The notes beneath the pieces were generated by a model. The model saw nothing but the letters and a program-made list of their open reading frames with translations. It had not been told where the DNA came from and searched no databases. From a virus (lineage: Duplodnaviria; Caudoviricetes): DNA of 25,666 nt. The position numbers and the translations under genes are program-made. Location: positions 1 to 25,666 of the IMG/VR virus record IMGVR_UViG_3300017978_000037. One strand, written 5' to 3'. The number at the start of each line of letters is the position of its first letter. Position 1 is the first letter of the stretch. Shown in pieces: positions 13,483-22,607 of the stretch.

Positions 13483-15099
13483 ATGGCTATTTACAGAGGT
13501 CCGGGTGGCGCAGGTGATGCCACAGGTGACGCTACCAATGCTTCAGCTCTAGCTTTAGCTGCAAGGGATGAGGCTCAAGCGTCAGCTACCTCAGCTTCCT
13601 CTTCTGCCACCGCAGCTGCTAACTCAGCCACAGCCGCTGATACTTCCGCTGATGCTGCGGCTACTTCAGCCACCAACGCAGCAGGTTCAGCTACTACGGC
13701 CTCCACAGCAGCCACTAACGCATCGACATACGCTACTAACGCTGCTTCTAGCGCAACTACAGCGGCCTCTGAAGCCTCTGATGCAGCCGATAGTGCCACA
13801 GCTGCTGCCTCTAGCGCCACTAGCGCATCAACTAGTGCTTCTACAGCTACAACTAAAGCAAGCGAAGCAGCTACGTCCGCAACTAACGCAGCCTCTAGTG
13901 CTACTTCAGCTTCTACAAGTGCTTCCGAAGCAGCAGCCAGTGCAGCGTCTATTAGTAACCGTGTTATCTCTGTTACCGACAACACTAACGCAGCTCTGCG
14001 TATCACTCAGCTTGGTACAGGCAATGCTTTGTTGGTTGAAGATGACACTAATCCTGATTCTTCACCGTTTGTTATTGATGCAAGTGGTAAAATTATCAAA
14101 GGATATACAAGCACTTTTACAGGCCTTCCCGCAACTTCTGCTGAATACACACAGCTAGGTTCTGTTGGCTTTATGCAGAATGGGCGATACAATGCCGCCG
14201 CAAGTGGCCCTGCCTACAACACAATGAAGTCTCGCTCGACTACTGTTGGGTCATGGTCTGCCGCAGTATCAAACGATGCTATTGGAGCTTATCGCTTTTG
14301 GGGCGACGATGGCTCAGCTTTTGTTGAGGGGGCACGAATTGAAGCCGTTGTAGACGGCGCACCCGGCACAAACGACATGCCCGGTCGCCTTGTCTTCAGC
14401 ACAACTGCTGATGGTGCAAGCTCTCCTACTGAGCGCATGCGTATTGACTCATCTGGTCAAGTCGGTATTGGAGCTACCGCCGCCGCTGGTACTAATTTAC
14501 GAATTGCAAAAACGCTTACTGGTTCAACATCCGCTTACGGCATTTTGATGAACGGAGCTATTCAGTCTGATGTAACTTCACAATCAAACTCGTTCACATC
14601 GCAGCCATCCACTGCCGCAGCAGCCTTCACTTTGACCAGCTTGCGTCATTATCTTGCTACGCAAAGCACGATTGGAGCAGGGTCAACGGTAACAAACCAA
14701 TATGGTTTTAATGCTGCAAGCACTTTGACAGGCGCAACAAACAACTATGGTTTCTACGGTGACATTGCTTCTGGTGCAGGTCGTTACAACTTCTACGCTG
14801 CTGGTACTGCTAATAACTATTTCGCAGGTAACGTAGGTGTTGGTGTAACTTCTCCGGGTTATAAAGTAGATGTTTCTGGTGATGTAAACATTACAGGAAA
14901 CTTCTATAAGAACGGAACAGTGTTTTCAGGGGGCGCTAAAGGCGGTGGCTCTGATGCTGTGTTTTATGAAAACGATCAAACAGTCACCACAAGCTACACA
15001 ATAGGTACAAATAAAAGCGCTATGTCAACAGGCCCAATTTCAATATCTTCAGGCGTCTCCGTTACAGTGCCATCTGGTAGCCGTTGGGTTATCCTCTAA
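13483..15099 (+). CDS. fibre protein with Ala/Ser/Thr-rich stalk
   Basis: Stf-like AST low-complexity region; DMPGRLVFST..ERMRIDSSGQVGIG and GNVGVG repeats; C-terminal FYEN...GPI...GSRWVIL domain. Confidence 0.85.
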   Translation: MAIYRGPGGAGDATGDATNASALALAARDEAQASATSASSSATAAANSATAADTSADAAATSATNAAGSATTASTAATNASTYATNAASSATTAASEASDAADSATAAASSATSASTSASTATTKASEAATSATNAASSATSASTSASEAAASAASISNRVISVTDNTNAALRITQLGTGNALLVEDDTNPDSSPFVIDASGKIIKGYTSTFTGLPATSAEYTQLGSVGFMQNGRYNAAASGPAYNTMKSRSTTVGSWSAAVSNDAIGAYRFWGDDGSAFVEGARIEAVVDGAPGTNDMPGRLVFSTTADGASSPTERMRIDSSGQVGIGATAAAGTNLRIAKTLTGSTSAYGILMNGAIQSDVTSQSNSFTSQPSTAAAAFTLTSLRHYLATQSTIGAGSTVTNQYGFNAASTLTGATNNYGFYGDIASGAGRYNFYAAGTANNYFAGNVGVGVTSPGYKVDVSGDVNITGNFYKNGTVFSGGAKGGGSDAVFYENDQTVTTSYTIGTNKSAMSTGPISISSGVSVTVPSGSRWVIL

Positions 15100-15113
15100 T
15101 AAGGAAATAATAT

Positions 15114-15521
15114 ATGGCATACGGTTCAGTTTTAACAGATACAGTGCAGTCAAGCTCTGCTGCCACCGCGCCTGTCTTCAAAGACGGCAACGGCACTCAA
15201 GTGGGTACGCTGTGTCGTGCTTGGGTGAACTTCAACGGTTCAGGCACTGTTGCTATTCGTGCATCGTTTAACGTATCAAGCATTACTGATAACGGTGCAG
15301 GTGACTACACCGTGAACTTCACTACTGCGTTATCTGATACAAATTATGCTGTTATTGGTACAGCGAAATATGTTGCTTCCGCAGAAGGTCAAAATTTCCG
15401 TGTAGGAACTGCGGCGTATGGGACTACTGTGACAACATCTTCAGTAAGAATTAACATTACAAACGGTGGAAACGCTGCGCAAACAGATTCTGAAATGGTC
15501 AACGTGTCAGTCTTCCGTTAA
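15114..15521 (+). CDS. small fibre-associated protein (AWVNFNG..NVSSITDNG domain)
   Basis: Motif; paralog of 16076-16468. Confidence 0.8.
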   Translation: MAYGSVLTDTVQSSSAATAPVFKDGNGTQVGTLCRAWVNFNGSGTVAIRASFNVSSITDNGAGDYTVNFTTALSDTNYAVIGTAKYVASAEGQNFRVGTAAYGTTVTTSSVRINITNGGNAAQTDSEMVNVSVFR

Positions 15522-15534
15522 TAGGTGAACCAAC

Positions 15535-16092
15535 ATGACAACAATTATTAACGCATCCCCTACAAACGGTTTAGTCCAGACTGCCGATGGCTCTGGTGTT
15601 ATGTCCGTTTATTGGTTGCGTTGCGCTGAACATACAGATATGTTTAGCCAAGGGTATGTTGGAATTACTAGGCATGGTCGTGAGAAACGTAGGTTTCGGG
15701 AACACAAGACTGTTGGTCAAAACGCTCACCTACGCAACGCGCTGAACAAATATGAAGTAGTGCAGGAAATCTTGCTGATTGCTGACAAAGACTATTGCAA
15801 AGAGATTGAGCAAAAGTTGCGCCCAGAAGCAAACATTGGTTGGAACATTGTCGCTGGTGGTGGATTACCGCCCAGCTTTAAAGGCAAGAAGCGTTCTGCT
15901 GAGTTTGTTGAGCGTTTGAGGCAACAAGTTCAATCTGCTGAAACCAGAGCAAAGCGTTCTAAATCAATGTTAGGCAATCAAAACGGCGTTGGTCGTAAAT
16001 TAACAGAAGAACAGAAAAAAGCCATATCAATCAGAATGAGCGGCGATAATCATTACAGCAGAAAGAAGGTAAATAATGGCAAGCATAATTAA
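15535..16092 (+). CDS. GIY-YIG homing endonuclease with NUMOD3-like repeats, fused to 22 aa of the host gene
   Basis: SVYW..GYVG, RRFREH, KEIE, GWN catalytic pattern; SAETRAKRSKSMLG and LTEEQKKAIS helices. Confidence 0.88.
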   Translation: MTTIINASPTNGLVQTADGSGVMSVYWLRCAEHTDMFSQGYVGITRHGREKRRFREHKTVGQNAHLRNALNKYEVVQEILLIADKDYCKEIEQKLRPEANIGWNIVAGGGLPPSFKGKKRSAEFVERLRQQVQSAETRAKRSKSMLGNQNGVGRKLTEEQKKAISIRMSGDNHYSRKKVNNGKHN

Positions 16093-16141
16093 CGCCAGCC
16101 CAACTAACGGAATTGTGCAGACCGCTGACGGTAGTGGTGTT
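15601..16141 (+). mobile_element. 541-bp homing element: endonuclease, SD and recoded 5' end of the target gene
   Basis: Removing 15601-16141 restores one in-frame gene; 15535-15600 and 16076-16141 encode 19/22 identical residues. Confidence 0.8.
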
Positions 16142-16468
16142 CTTAAATGTCAAGCAAACGGCGTGACCACCAACGCTTTGGCTTGGGTGAACTTTAACGG
16201 CACTGGCACAGTGGCTATTCGTTCAAGCTACAACGTCAGCTCTATTACTGATAACGGAACTGGTGACTACACGGTTAATTTTGCTACTGCTTTAAGTGAT
16301 GCCAATTATTCAATGACTGCTTCAAGCGGAACACCCGGAACTACTGCTGGCTATATAACGTATAACACAACAACCCCTTCAACAACAGCGTTAAGACTAG
16401 CTGCTGTTAGTTCTTTGGGAACGCTTTTTGATGCTAGTTATGTATCAGTAACAATTCACGGTAATTAA
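16076..16468 (+). CDS. small fibre-associated protein, target of the endonuclease insertion
   Basis: AWVNFNG domain; SD GAAGGT lies inside the endonuclease 3' end. Confidence 0.82.
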   Translation: MASIINASPTNGIVQTADGSGVLKCQANGVTTNALAWVNFNGTGTVAIRSSYNVSSITDNGTGDYTVNFATALSDANYSMTASSGTPGTTAGYITYNTTTPSTTALRLAAVSSLGTLFDASYVSVTIHGN

Positions 16469-16477
16469 GGAAAACCC

Positions 16478-16939
16478 ATGCAAGTAATCATCTTCACAAA
16501 CGACAACGGCGGTGTATCCGTTTGTATCCCCACAGGCGAACTAGACATCAACGCTGTCAAGGCTAAAGACACACCTAGCCACTCCATCATCGTGGACACA
16601 ACAAACCTGCCTCAAGAAGACAACGACTTCTTCAACGCATGGGAAATTGCTGATGGTGTTGTATCTGTCAACTTGACCAAAGCTAAAGAAATCACTAAAG
16701 CCCGTCTACGCACCGAGCGTGAGCCTTTGTTGGCTGCTCAAGATGTGTTGTTCCAACGCGCTCAAGAGACAGGTGCTGACACTGCTGCAATCGTGGCTAA
16801 AAAGACCCGTCTGCGTGACGTAACAGGTTTAGTGGACGGCTGTACTGCTACAACTCAGCTTCGTCAACTAACCCCCACAAGCACAGAAGTTCCTGCTTTA
16901 CCTGTTGTTGAGACACCAGCTCCTGCCGAGGTGGTCTAA
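16478..16939 (+). CDS. tail fibre assembly chaperone-like protein
   Basis: FFNAW, LRTEREPLL..DV, K.RLRDVT motifs; position in the fibre cassette. Confidence 0.65.
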   Translation: MQVIIFTNDNGGVSVCIPTGELDINAVKAKDTPSHSIIVDTTNLPQEDNDFFNAWEIADGVVSVNLTKAKEITKARLRTEREPLLAAQDVLFQRAQETGADTAAIVAKKTRLRDVTGLVDGCTATTQLRQLTPTSTEVPALPVVETPAPAEVV

Positions 16940-17445
16940 TGAGTATCGTTTTAGACGGTTCAAACCTAACAACTACTGGAGTGATTAACTCCAAGACTGC
17001 TGTTGCATCCACATCTGGCACTAGCATTGACTTCAACAGTATTCCTGCTGGTACTAAGCGTATCACTGTGTTGCTTAACGGTGTGTCTACAAGCGGCACA
17101 AGTCCGATGCAGCTTCAAATTGGCGCGGGTTCTGTAACCACGTCAGGCTATACAGGAAGTTGTACTGGCGGCGGTGGAGGTGTTGCAACCACAAGTAACT
17201 CTACTGGTTTTGTTGTGACATATGTGAACGTAGCTGCTACTGCTTATTCAGGGATTGTAACAATTGCAACGCTAGGAAGTAATGTGTGGATTGAGTCAGG
17301 TACATTAGGTGGCGCAACAACAGGTGTTTTTAACGCATCGGGTGGAACATTAACCATAGGCGGTACTCTAGACCGTGTACGAATCACCACAGTTAACGGC
17401 ACAGACACCTTTGACGCTGGTTCAATTAACATTCTTTACGAATAA
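16939..17445 (+). CDS. small fibre-associated beta-rich protein
   Basis: TSGTSIDF..IP..DRVRIT..FDAGSINILYE pattern; TAATG overlap. Confidence 0.75.
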   Translation: MSIVLDGSNLTTTGVINSKTAVASTSGTSIDFNSIPAGTKRITVLLNGVSTSGTSPMQLQIGAGSVTTSGYTGSCTGGGGGVATTSNSTGFVVTYVNVAATAYSGIVTIATLGSNVWIESGTLGGATTGVFNASGGTLTIGGTLDRVRITTVNGTDTFDAGSINILYE

Positions 17446-17447
17446 GT

Positions 17448-17666
17448 ATGTCAGAGCATCTAACAACGGAGACAGGAGTAGCTCTGTTAACTAAAGCAGC
17501 GCCTCCAGTGACAGTAAGTTTAGCTACTGTGGCTGGATATCAAGTATCGGAGTTGGTTCTATGGGCTACTTTGATCTATACGGCTTTGATGATTGGACAT
17601 AAAGTACTCCAAATATACAAAGATATTACAGATAAAGCATTCAAAAGTATTGACAAACCTGAATAA
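17448..17666 (+). CDS. holin-like small membrane protein
   Basis: 72 aa, hydrophobic helix LVLWATLIYTALMIG, charged C-terminus. Confidence 0.55.
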   Translation: MSEHLTTETGVALLTKAAPPVTVSLATVAGYQVSELVLWATLIYTALMIGHKVLQIYKDITDKAFKSIDKPE

Positions 17667-17678
17667 ATAGAGTAGGAT
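17650..17678 (+). promoter_or_regulatory. sigma70-type promoter
   Basis: TTGACA-N17-TAGGAT. Confidence 0.6.
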
Positions 17679-17686
17679 ACGCGACT

Positions 17687-17878
17687 ATGGCAACTAAGAA
17701 ACAACAATCAGCTAAAGTAGGTAAAGTTATGGGGGAGTACAAAGAAGGTACTCTCCATAGCGGTAAAGGCGGTCCTGTCGTTAAAGACAAGAAACAAGCC
17801 ATCGCTATTGCCATGAGTGAGGCTAAGATGCCCATGCGTGGCTCTCGTACAGCTAAGAACAAGGCTAAGAAGAAGTAA
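17687..17878 (+). CDS. small basic DUF6496-like protein
   Basis: KVMGEYKEGTLHSG..QAIAIAMSEA motif. Confidence 0.75.
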   Translation: MATKKQQSAKVGKVMGEYKEGTLHSGKGGPVVKDKKQAIAIAMSEAKMPMRGSRTAKNKAKKK

Positions 17879-17880
17879 AT

Positions 17881-18222
17881 ATGGGTCGTTTATTATCAGT
17901 AGGTAAAAACCTAGTAGCTAATACTGAGACAGTTGTTTACACTGTTCCTCAAGGCTATTACGCTGTTTGGAACCTACTATACGCTCATAATGCTACAGGG
18001 ACAAATAAGTCTCTTACGGTAGATTGGTACGATACAAGTGCAGGCGTTCATGTAAATATTTTAGACGCTTATAACTTTGTTACTAAAACTTACTTTCAAT
18101 TCTCAGGTAATGGTTCAGGTGTTGTCATGGAAGAAGGCGACCAAGTTCACATGACTTCAGAGACAGGTTCTACCTTTGGTGTTATCTGTACCTTTGAGCT
18201 ATTCAAGAAAGAAGGATTCTAA
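17881..18222 (+). CDS. small beta-sandwich virion protein (putative)
   Basis: VYTVP ... VMEEGDQV pattern; position in the module. Confidence 0.7.
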   Translation: MGRLLSVGKNLVANTETVVYTVPQGYYAVWNLLYAHNATGTNKSLTVDWYDTSAGVHVNILDAYNFVTKTYFQFSGNGSGVVMEEGDQVHMTSETGSTFGVICTFELFKKEGF

Positions 18223-18225
18223 TTC

Positions 18226-18876
18226 ATGTCTACTTATTTAGAGACAGTCAATAACGTACTTCGCAGGCTTCGTGAGCCTACGGTGTCTAGCGTCAATGAG
18301 TCTAATTACTCAGCTATGATCGGTGTGTTTGTCAATGATGCTAAACGTGAAGTAGAAGATGCTCACGATTGGAACGTACTGTCTAATACCCTTACAGCTA
18401 ACACCTCAGCTGGTATCTTCAACTATGTCTTAACTGGCTCAGGTAATCGTTTCCGTGTCATTGATATCTTGAATGATACTAACGATACTGAGCTTCGTTA
18501 TGCCCCTACTAAGTGGATGAACAAGCAGTTCTTATTGACTCAATCTCAATCAGCTGCTCCTCTGTTCTATAACTTCAACGGTGTAGACAGCAACTACGAC
18601 ACACAGGTAGATATTTACCCTATCCCTGATACCGTCTATGCTCTGCGTTTCAACTTGATTATCCCTCAGGCTGATCTGACCTCAGACGGTACTCGTATCT
18701 TAGTTCCCCCACATCTCGTGTCTATGTTGGCTTACGCTAAAGCTATTGCTGAACGCGGTGAAGATGGCGGTAACTTGTCCTCTGAAGCTTATGCTTTGTA
18801 TAAGATGTCTCTAGCTAACGAAGTAGCAATTGAGCGTAATCGTTACGAAGAAGAGATGAATTGGGTGGCTCCTTAA
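18226..18876 (+). CDS. head-tail adaptor (tail tubular protein A-like)
   Basis: YLETVNNVLRRLRE, VNDAKREV..HDW, YPIPD; position before nozzle. Confidence 0.8.
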   Translation: MSTYLETVNNVLRRLREPTVSSVNESNYSAMIGVFVNDAKREVEDAHDWNVLSNTLTANTSAGIFNYVLTGSGNRFRVIDILNDTNDTELRYAPTKWMNKQFLLTQSQSAAPLFYNFNGVDSNYDTQVDIYPIPDTVYALRFNLIIPQADLTSDGTRILVPPHLVSMLAYAKAIAERGEDGGNLSSEAYALYKMSLANEVAIERNRYEEEMNWVAP

Positions 18877-18877
18877 T

Positions 18878-20416
18878 ATGGCTGAACAGATTGTAGCCTC
18901 CTCCATTGCAGCTCCCGGCTTCATGGGAGTGAACACTCAGGATAGCTCTGTTACCCTTGAGTCAGGCTTTGCTACGCAGGCTCTCAACTGTGTCATCGAC
19001 AAGTTTGGTCGTATCGGTGCTCGTAAAGGCTGGACAGCTAAGCATACAACCAATTCTGACTTAGGTTCAGGCTCTATTAAAGCCATCGGAGAGTTGATTG
19101 GTAATGATGGTACTTCTTACACTATCGTAACTGGTAACAATAAGCTTTTCAAGTTAAGTGGTTCTACCCTTACTATGTTAACTTATGGCGGTGGTGGTAC
19201 AGCTCCTACGATCACAGACAGTAACTGGCAGATGGCTGCTCTGAATAATGTCTTGTTCTTGTATCAAGCTGGTCATGATCCTCTTGTGTTTGACCCTTCT
19301 GTGTCAGATACTACTTTCCGTAGAGTTTCTGAAAAGACAGGTTACTTGGGTACAGCGGCTCAGAATAACTGTGTCATAGCAGCTTACGGACGTACATGGA
19401 CAGCTAATAACTCAACAACTAAGAGCACCATCCAGTTCTCTGACCTCCTTGCTGGTCATGTGTTGACTACAGGTACTGCTGGTACTCTGGATGTTTCTCA
19501 GGTATGGCCTAACGGTTCAGATGAAATCACTGCCTTAGCTGCCCATAACGGCTATCTATACGTCTTTGGTCGTAGACAGATCCTGATTTATAAAGGTGCT
19601 AGAGATCCTTCATCTATGTCTCTAGAAGACCATATCAGCGGTATTGGATGCTGTGCTCGTGACTCAGTTGTAGTTACAGGTACTGATGTCTTATTCCTGT
19701 CTGATTCAGGTGTACGTTCAATGGCTCGTACAGTGCAAGAGAAGTCAGCACCCATGCGTGATATCAGCGCTAACGTGCGTGATGACTTAGTGCGCGATAC
19801 GAAGCAGGAAACCTTAGCTAACATCAAGGCCGTGTACTCAGATGTTAATGCTTTTTATTTAATTACGTTCCCCTCATCATCTACGACATATTGTTTCGAT
19901 ACTCGTAAAGCTCTCCCAGATGGTTCAGCCCGTGTGACTACTTGGAGCTTGATTCCTACGGCTATGTTCTCTAACAGAGCTAAAGAGCTTCTCACAGGAC
20001 ATGCTGGCTATGTGGGTAGCTACTTAGGTAACCGAGACCGTACAAGCACTTACCGTATGGCTTACTACTCCAACCACTTTGACTTAGGAACTCCTAGCTC
20101 AGTCAAGATGTTGAAGAAGGTGGGTTTTACTATTGTAGGCGCTTCAGGCGTAGGTTTAGCTTTGAAGTATGGCTTTGACTATACCAACGCATATCGCTCA
20201 TTGCCTTTCTACTTGGGTACGTCTAATCCTGATGAATATGGTATTGCTGAGTACGGTATCGCTGAATATGAATCAGGTATCGTCTTTGATAACCAGAAGA
20301 TTCAAGCTGGTGGAAGCGGTAATGTGCTTCAAATTGGCCTTGAAGTAGAGATTAACAATTTTGAAATTAGCGTTCAGAAGCTGGACGTATTCTGTAAGGT
20401 AGGACGAACACGATGA
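18878..20416 (+). CDS. tail nozzle / DNA stabilisation protein (tubular B or P22 gp10-like)
   Basis: 512 aa beta-rich; N..ID..G.I..RKG, IGC....S, FLSDSGVRS motifs. Confidence 0.82.
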   Translation: MAEQIVASSIAAPGFMGVNTQDSSVTLESGFATQALNCVIDKFGRIGARKGWTAKHTTNSDLGSGSIKAIGELIGNDGTSYTIVTGNNKLFKLSGSTLTMLTYGGGGTAPTITDSNWQMAALNNVLFLYQAGHDPLVFDPSVSDTTFRRVSEKTGYLGTAAQNNCVIAAYGRTWTANNSTTKSTIQFSDLLAGHVLTTGTAGTLDVSQVWPNGSDEITALAAHNGYLYVFGRRQILIYKGARDPSSMSLEDHISGIGCCARDSVVVTGTDVLFLSDSGVRSMARTVQEKSAPMRDISANVRDDLVRDTKQETLANIKAVYSDVNAFYLITFPSSSTTYCFDTRKALPDGSARVTTWSLIPTAMFSNRAKELLTGHAGYVGSYLGNRDRTSTYRMAYYSNHFDLGTPSSVKMLKKVGFTIVGASGVGLALKYGFDYTNAYRSLPFYLGTSNPDEYGIAEYGIAEYESGIVFDNQKIQAGGSGNVLQIGLEVEINNFEISVQKLDVFCKVGRTR

Positions 20417-21162
20417 CCGATTATACAAAAACCACGGACTTTGCAGCTAAGGATGCACTGTCTACAGGTAACCCTTCTAAGATTGTCAAAGGCACTGAGA
20501 TTGACGATGAATTGGTAGCCATTAGCGGTGCTATCTCTTCTAAAGCTGACAAATCTAGCCCTACGTTCACAGGCACTCCAGCGGCTCCTACAGCCTCTTC
20601 GGGTACGTCTACGACACAGATTGCCACTACTGCCTTTGCTACAGGTGCAGCGGCTCTTGTGATGCCTTCTGGTGCTTTGCTCCAATGGCCTACTGCTACA
20701 GCTCCTACAGGCTTCTTGCTTTGTTCAGGCGCAGCTGTTAGTCGTACTATCTACGCTGCCTTGTTCGCTGTCATTGGTACTACCTTTGGCGCTGGCGACG
20801 GTACTACGACATTTAACCTCCCTGACTTCGATAACCGATTTGCTGTAGGCGCGGGTGACTTGTACACTGTAGGCGCTACAGGTGGCTCTAAAGACGCTGT
20901 TGTCGTATCGCACAACCACAATAGTGGCGTCACAGGTTCCACAACAATTACAGGTTCGTTTAACACAGCAGCACAGTCTCCCGGCGGTTCTGGTGTATTT
21001 AGCGCAGGTAGCGGATATAGCGGTAACGGTGCTGATCCAATGACAAACTACCCAATTAATTTATCTGCTCCGCACACTCACACTATTGCCTCAGAAGGTG
21101 TGTCAGGCACAAATGCTAACTTGCCTCCATACTTAGGTATTTACTTTATCATTAAAACGTGA
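20413..21162 (+). CDS. short tail fibre with phage tail-collar domain
   Basis: SPTFTGTPAAPT repeat; APTGFLLCSG..VSRT.YAALFAVIGTTFGAGDGTTTFNLPD; NLPPY...FIIK end. Confidence 0.9.
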   Translation: MTDYTKTTDFAAKDALSTGNPSKIVKGTEIDDELVAISGAISSKADKSSPTFTGTPAAPTASSGTSTTQIATTAFATGAAALVMPSGALLQWPTATAPTGFLLCSGAAVSRTIYAALFAVIGTTFGAGDGTTTFNLPDFDNRFAVGAGDLYTVGATGGSKDAVVVSHNHNSGVTGSTTITGSFNTAAQSPGGSGVFSAGSGYSGNGADPMTNYPINLSAPHTHTIASEGVSGTNANLPPYLGIYFIIKT

Positions 21163-21168
21163 TATAGT
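21140..21168 (+). promoter_or_regulatory. extended -10 sigma70-type promoter directly before the GNAT gene
   Basis: TTTACT-N17-TATAGT with TGn. Confidence 0.55.
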
Positions 21169-21174
21169 GTTTGA

Positions 21175-21600
21175 ATGAATATAGACACAATCACTGTTGA
21201 AAAAGCTTCTGTACAAGACCTTTCAAGTTTCACAGATTTAATTGAAGAGCATTGGGCAAGTTTTCAGAATAAGCCTCCTACATTGAATGAGAACATTCTC
21301 GGTAACTTCAGTGTAGTACAAGCTAAAGATAAAGGTAAGATAGTAGGATATGTTTTCTACGCGTTGTTCTTATCGCCTTATTATGAAGAGATTTGGTCAC
21401 AAGTAGATATGTTCTATTTACAACCTAGATATAGAAAACAAGGAATAGGGAAAAAGATGTTCTCATTAGTGGAAGAAGACGTAAAAAGTCAAGGCGCTTC
21501 TAAATTAATATCAAGTTTTAACCTTAAACAACCTCTAGAAGGTTTTTATCATAGTATGGGTTTTAAACCTACCCACATCGCAGTAGCAAAGGAATTCTAA
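21175..21600 (+). CDS. GNAT-family acetyltransferase
   Basis: FYLQPRYRKQGIGKKM (acetyl-CoA motif A) and FYHSMGF (motif B). Confidence 0.9.
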   Translation: MNIDTITVEKASVQDLSSFTDLIEEHWASFQNKPPTLNENILGNFSVVQAKDKGKIVGYVFYALFLSPYYEEIWSQVDMFYLQPRYRKQGIGKKMFSLVEEDVKSQGASKLISSFNLKQPLEGFYHSMGFKPTHIAVAKEF

Positions 21601-21601
21601 T

Positions 21602-22591
21602 ATGCCAGTAACCGCAGCATTAATCGGCGGAGGTGCAGTTCTTGCTGGAGGCCTGATCTCTGGGAATGCAGCCTCAAAAGCAGCAGCACAACAGGCTCAA
21701 GCTCAGCTCGAATCAGCACGTATTGCAGCAGAGGCTCAGAAGTTTCGTCCTGTAGGTGTAACCTCTAGATTTGGTACTTCTAACTTTGGATTTGATGACA
21801 ACGGTTATCTTTCCTCAGCTGGTTATACAGCCTCTCCTGAGCTTTTAGGGTATCAGAACTTCCTATCAGGTCAAGGCCCACAGACACAGCAGGACGTATC
21901 AGGCCTCCTGAGCTTAGGTCGTGGGTACATAGGTGAAGACCCTGCTGCTATTCGACAACGGTATATTCAACAACAGAATGCTTTGTTGGCTCCTGAGAAT
22001 GAACAGGCTTTGGCAGGTATCCGTAACAACTTGTTCCAGACAGGTCGTGGTGGTCTAGCTACAGGCGCTACTGAGGCTGGTGGCATGGCTGCTACTAACC
22101 CTGAAATGGCTGCTTACTACAACTCACTGGCTAAACAAAATGCTGCTTTGACTGCTGGTGCTGACCAAGCTGCTCAACAGCAAGTCACGTTCGGGCAAGG
22201 TTTGTTGTCTAGCGCTTACTCACCATTGCAGACTAACGTAGGCTTGAACGCTACCTTTGAACAACTTGCTCAGTCTCCGTTGGATATTGGTGCTCAGTTG
22301 GGTGGTCGTGCTGCTACAGCTGGTGCTCAAGTTGGTCAGACATTGATGCAAGGCGGCACTAACGCAGCTAACGCTATGTTTAAAGCTAACGCGCAATCTC
22401 CTTGGGGTAACGCTATCTCCAGTGCTGGATCTAATCCACAGCTACAAGCAGCTTTAGGTCAATGGTTTACACCTCAGCCCGGCTCTTCCATGAACTCTTA
22501 TGATGCGTCTGGATATGGCATGGGTAGCGGTGGTATGGGTACAACTGATACAGCGGATTATGGCGGCGCTTTTGGTCCTTCTATTCGCTAA
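21602..22591 (+). CDS. ejection (DNA transfer) protein 1
   Basis: Gly/Ala hydrophobic N-terminus, Gln/Ala helical body; position. Confidence 0.75.
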   Translation: MPVTAALIGGGAVLAGGLISGNAASKAAAQQAQAQLESARIAAEAQKFRPVGVTSRFGTSNFGFDDNGYLSSAGYTASPELLGYQNFLSGQGPQTQQDVSGLLSLGRGYIGEDPAAIRQRYIQQQNALLAPENEQALAGIRNNLFQTGRGGLATGATEAGGMAATNPEMAAYYNSLAKQNAALTAGADQAAQQQVTFGQGLLSSAYSPLQTNVGLNATFEQLAQSPLDIGAQLGGRAATAGAQVGQTLMQGGTNAANAMFKANAQSPWGNAISSAGSNPQLQAALGQWFTPQPGSSMNSYDASGYGMGSGGMGTTDTADYGGAFGPSIR

Positions 22592-22607
22592 ATAAGGAAA
22601 GACATAT

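Noticed and set aside
13568-14158. Alternative-frame and antisense ORFs over the fibre stalk
   Set aside because: Expected by-products of GCN/TCN/ACN low-complexity codons; no SD or domain signal.
15601-16141. Group I intron or intein around the endonuclease
   Set aside because: No flanking non-coding room for a ribozyme core, no intein splice motifs at the junctions, and the ORF stops in a different frame from the downstream gene.
15219-16309. Diversity-generating retroelement template/variable pair from the paralogous fibre blocks
   Set aside because: Differences are mostly synonymous third-position changes, not adenine-specific; both copies are coding; no reverse transcriptase in the window.
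20234-20270. EYGIA-EYGIA-EY repeat in the nozzle
   Set aside because: Short protein-level repeat with diverged codons; an ordinary structural motif.
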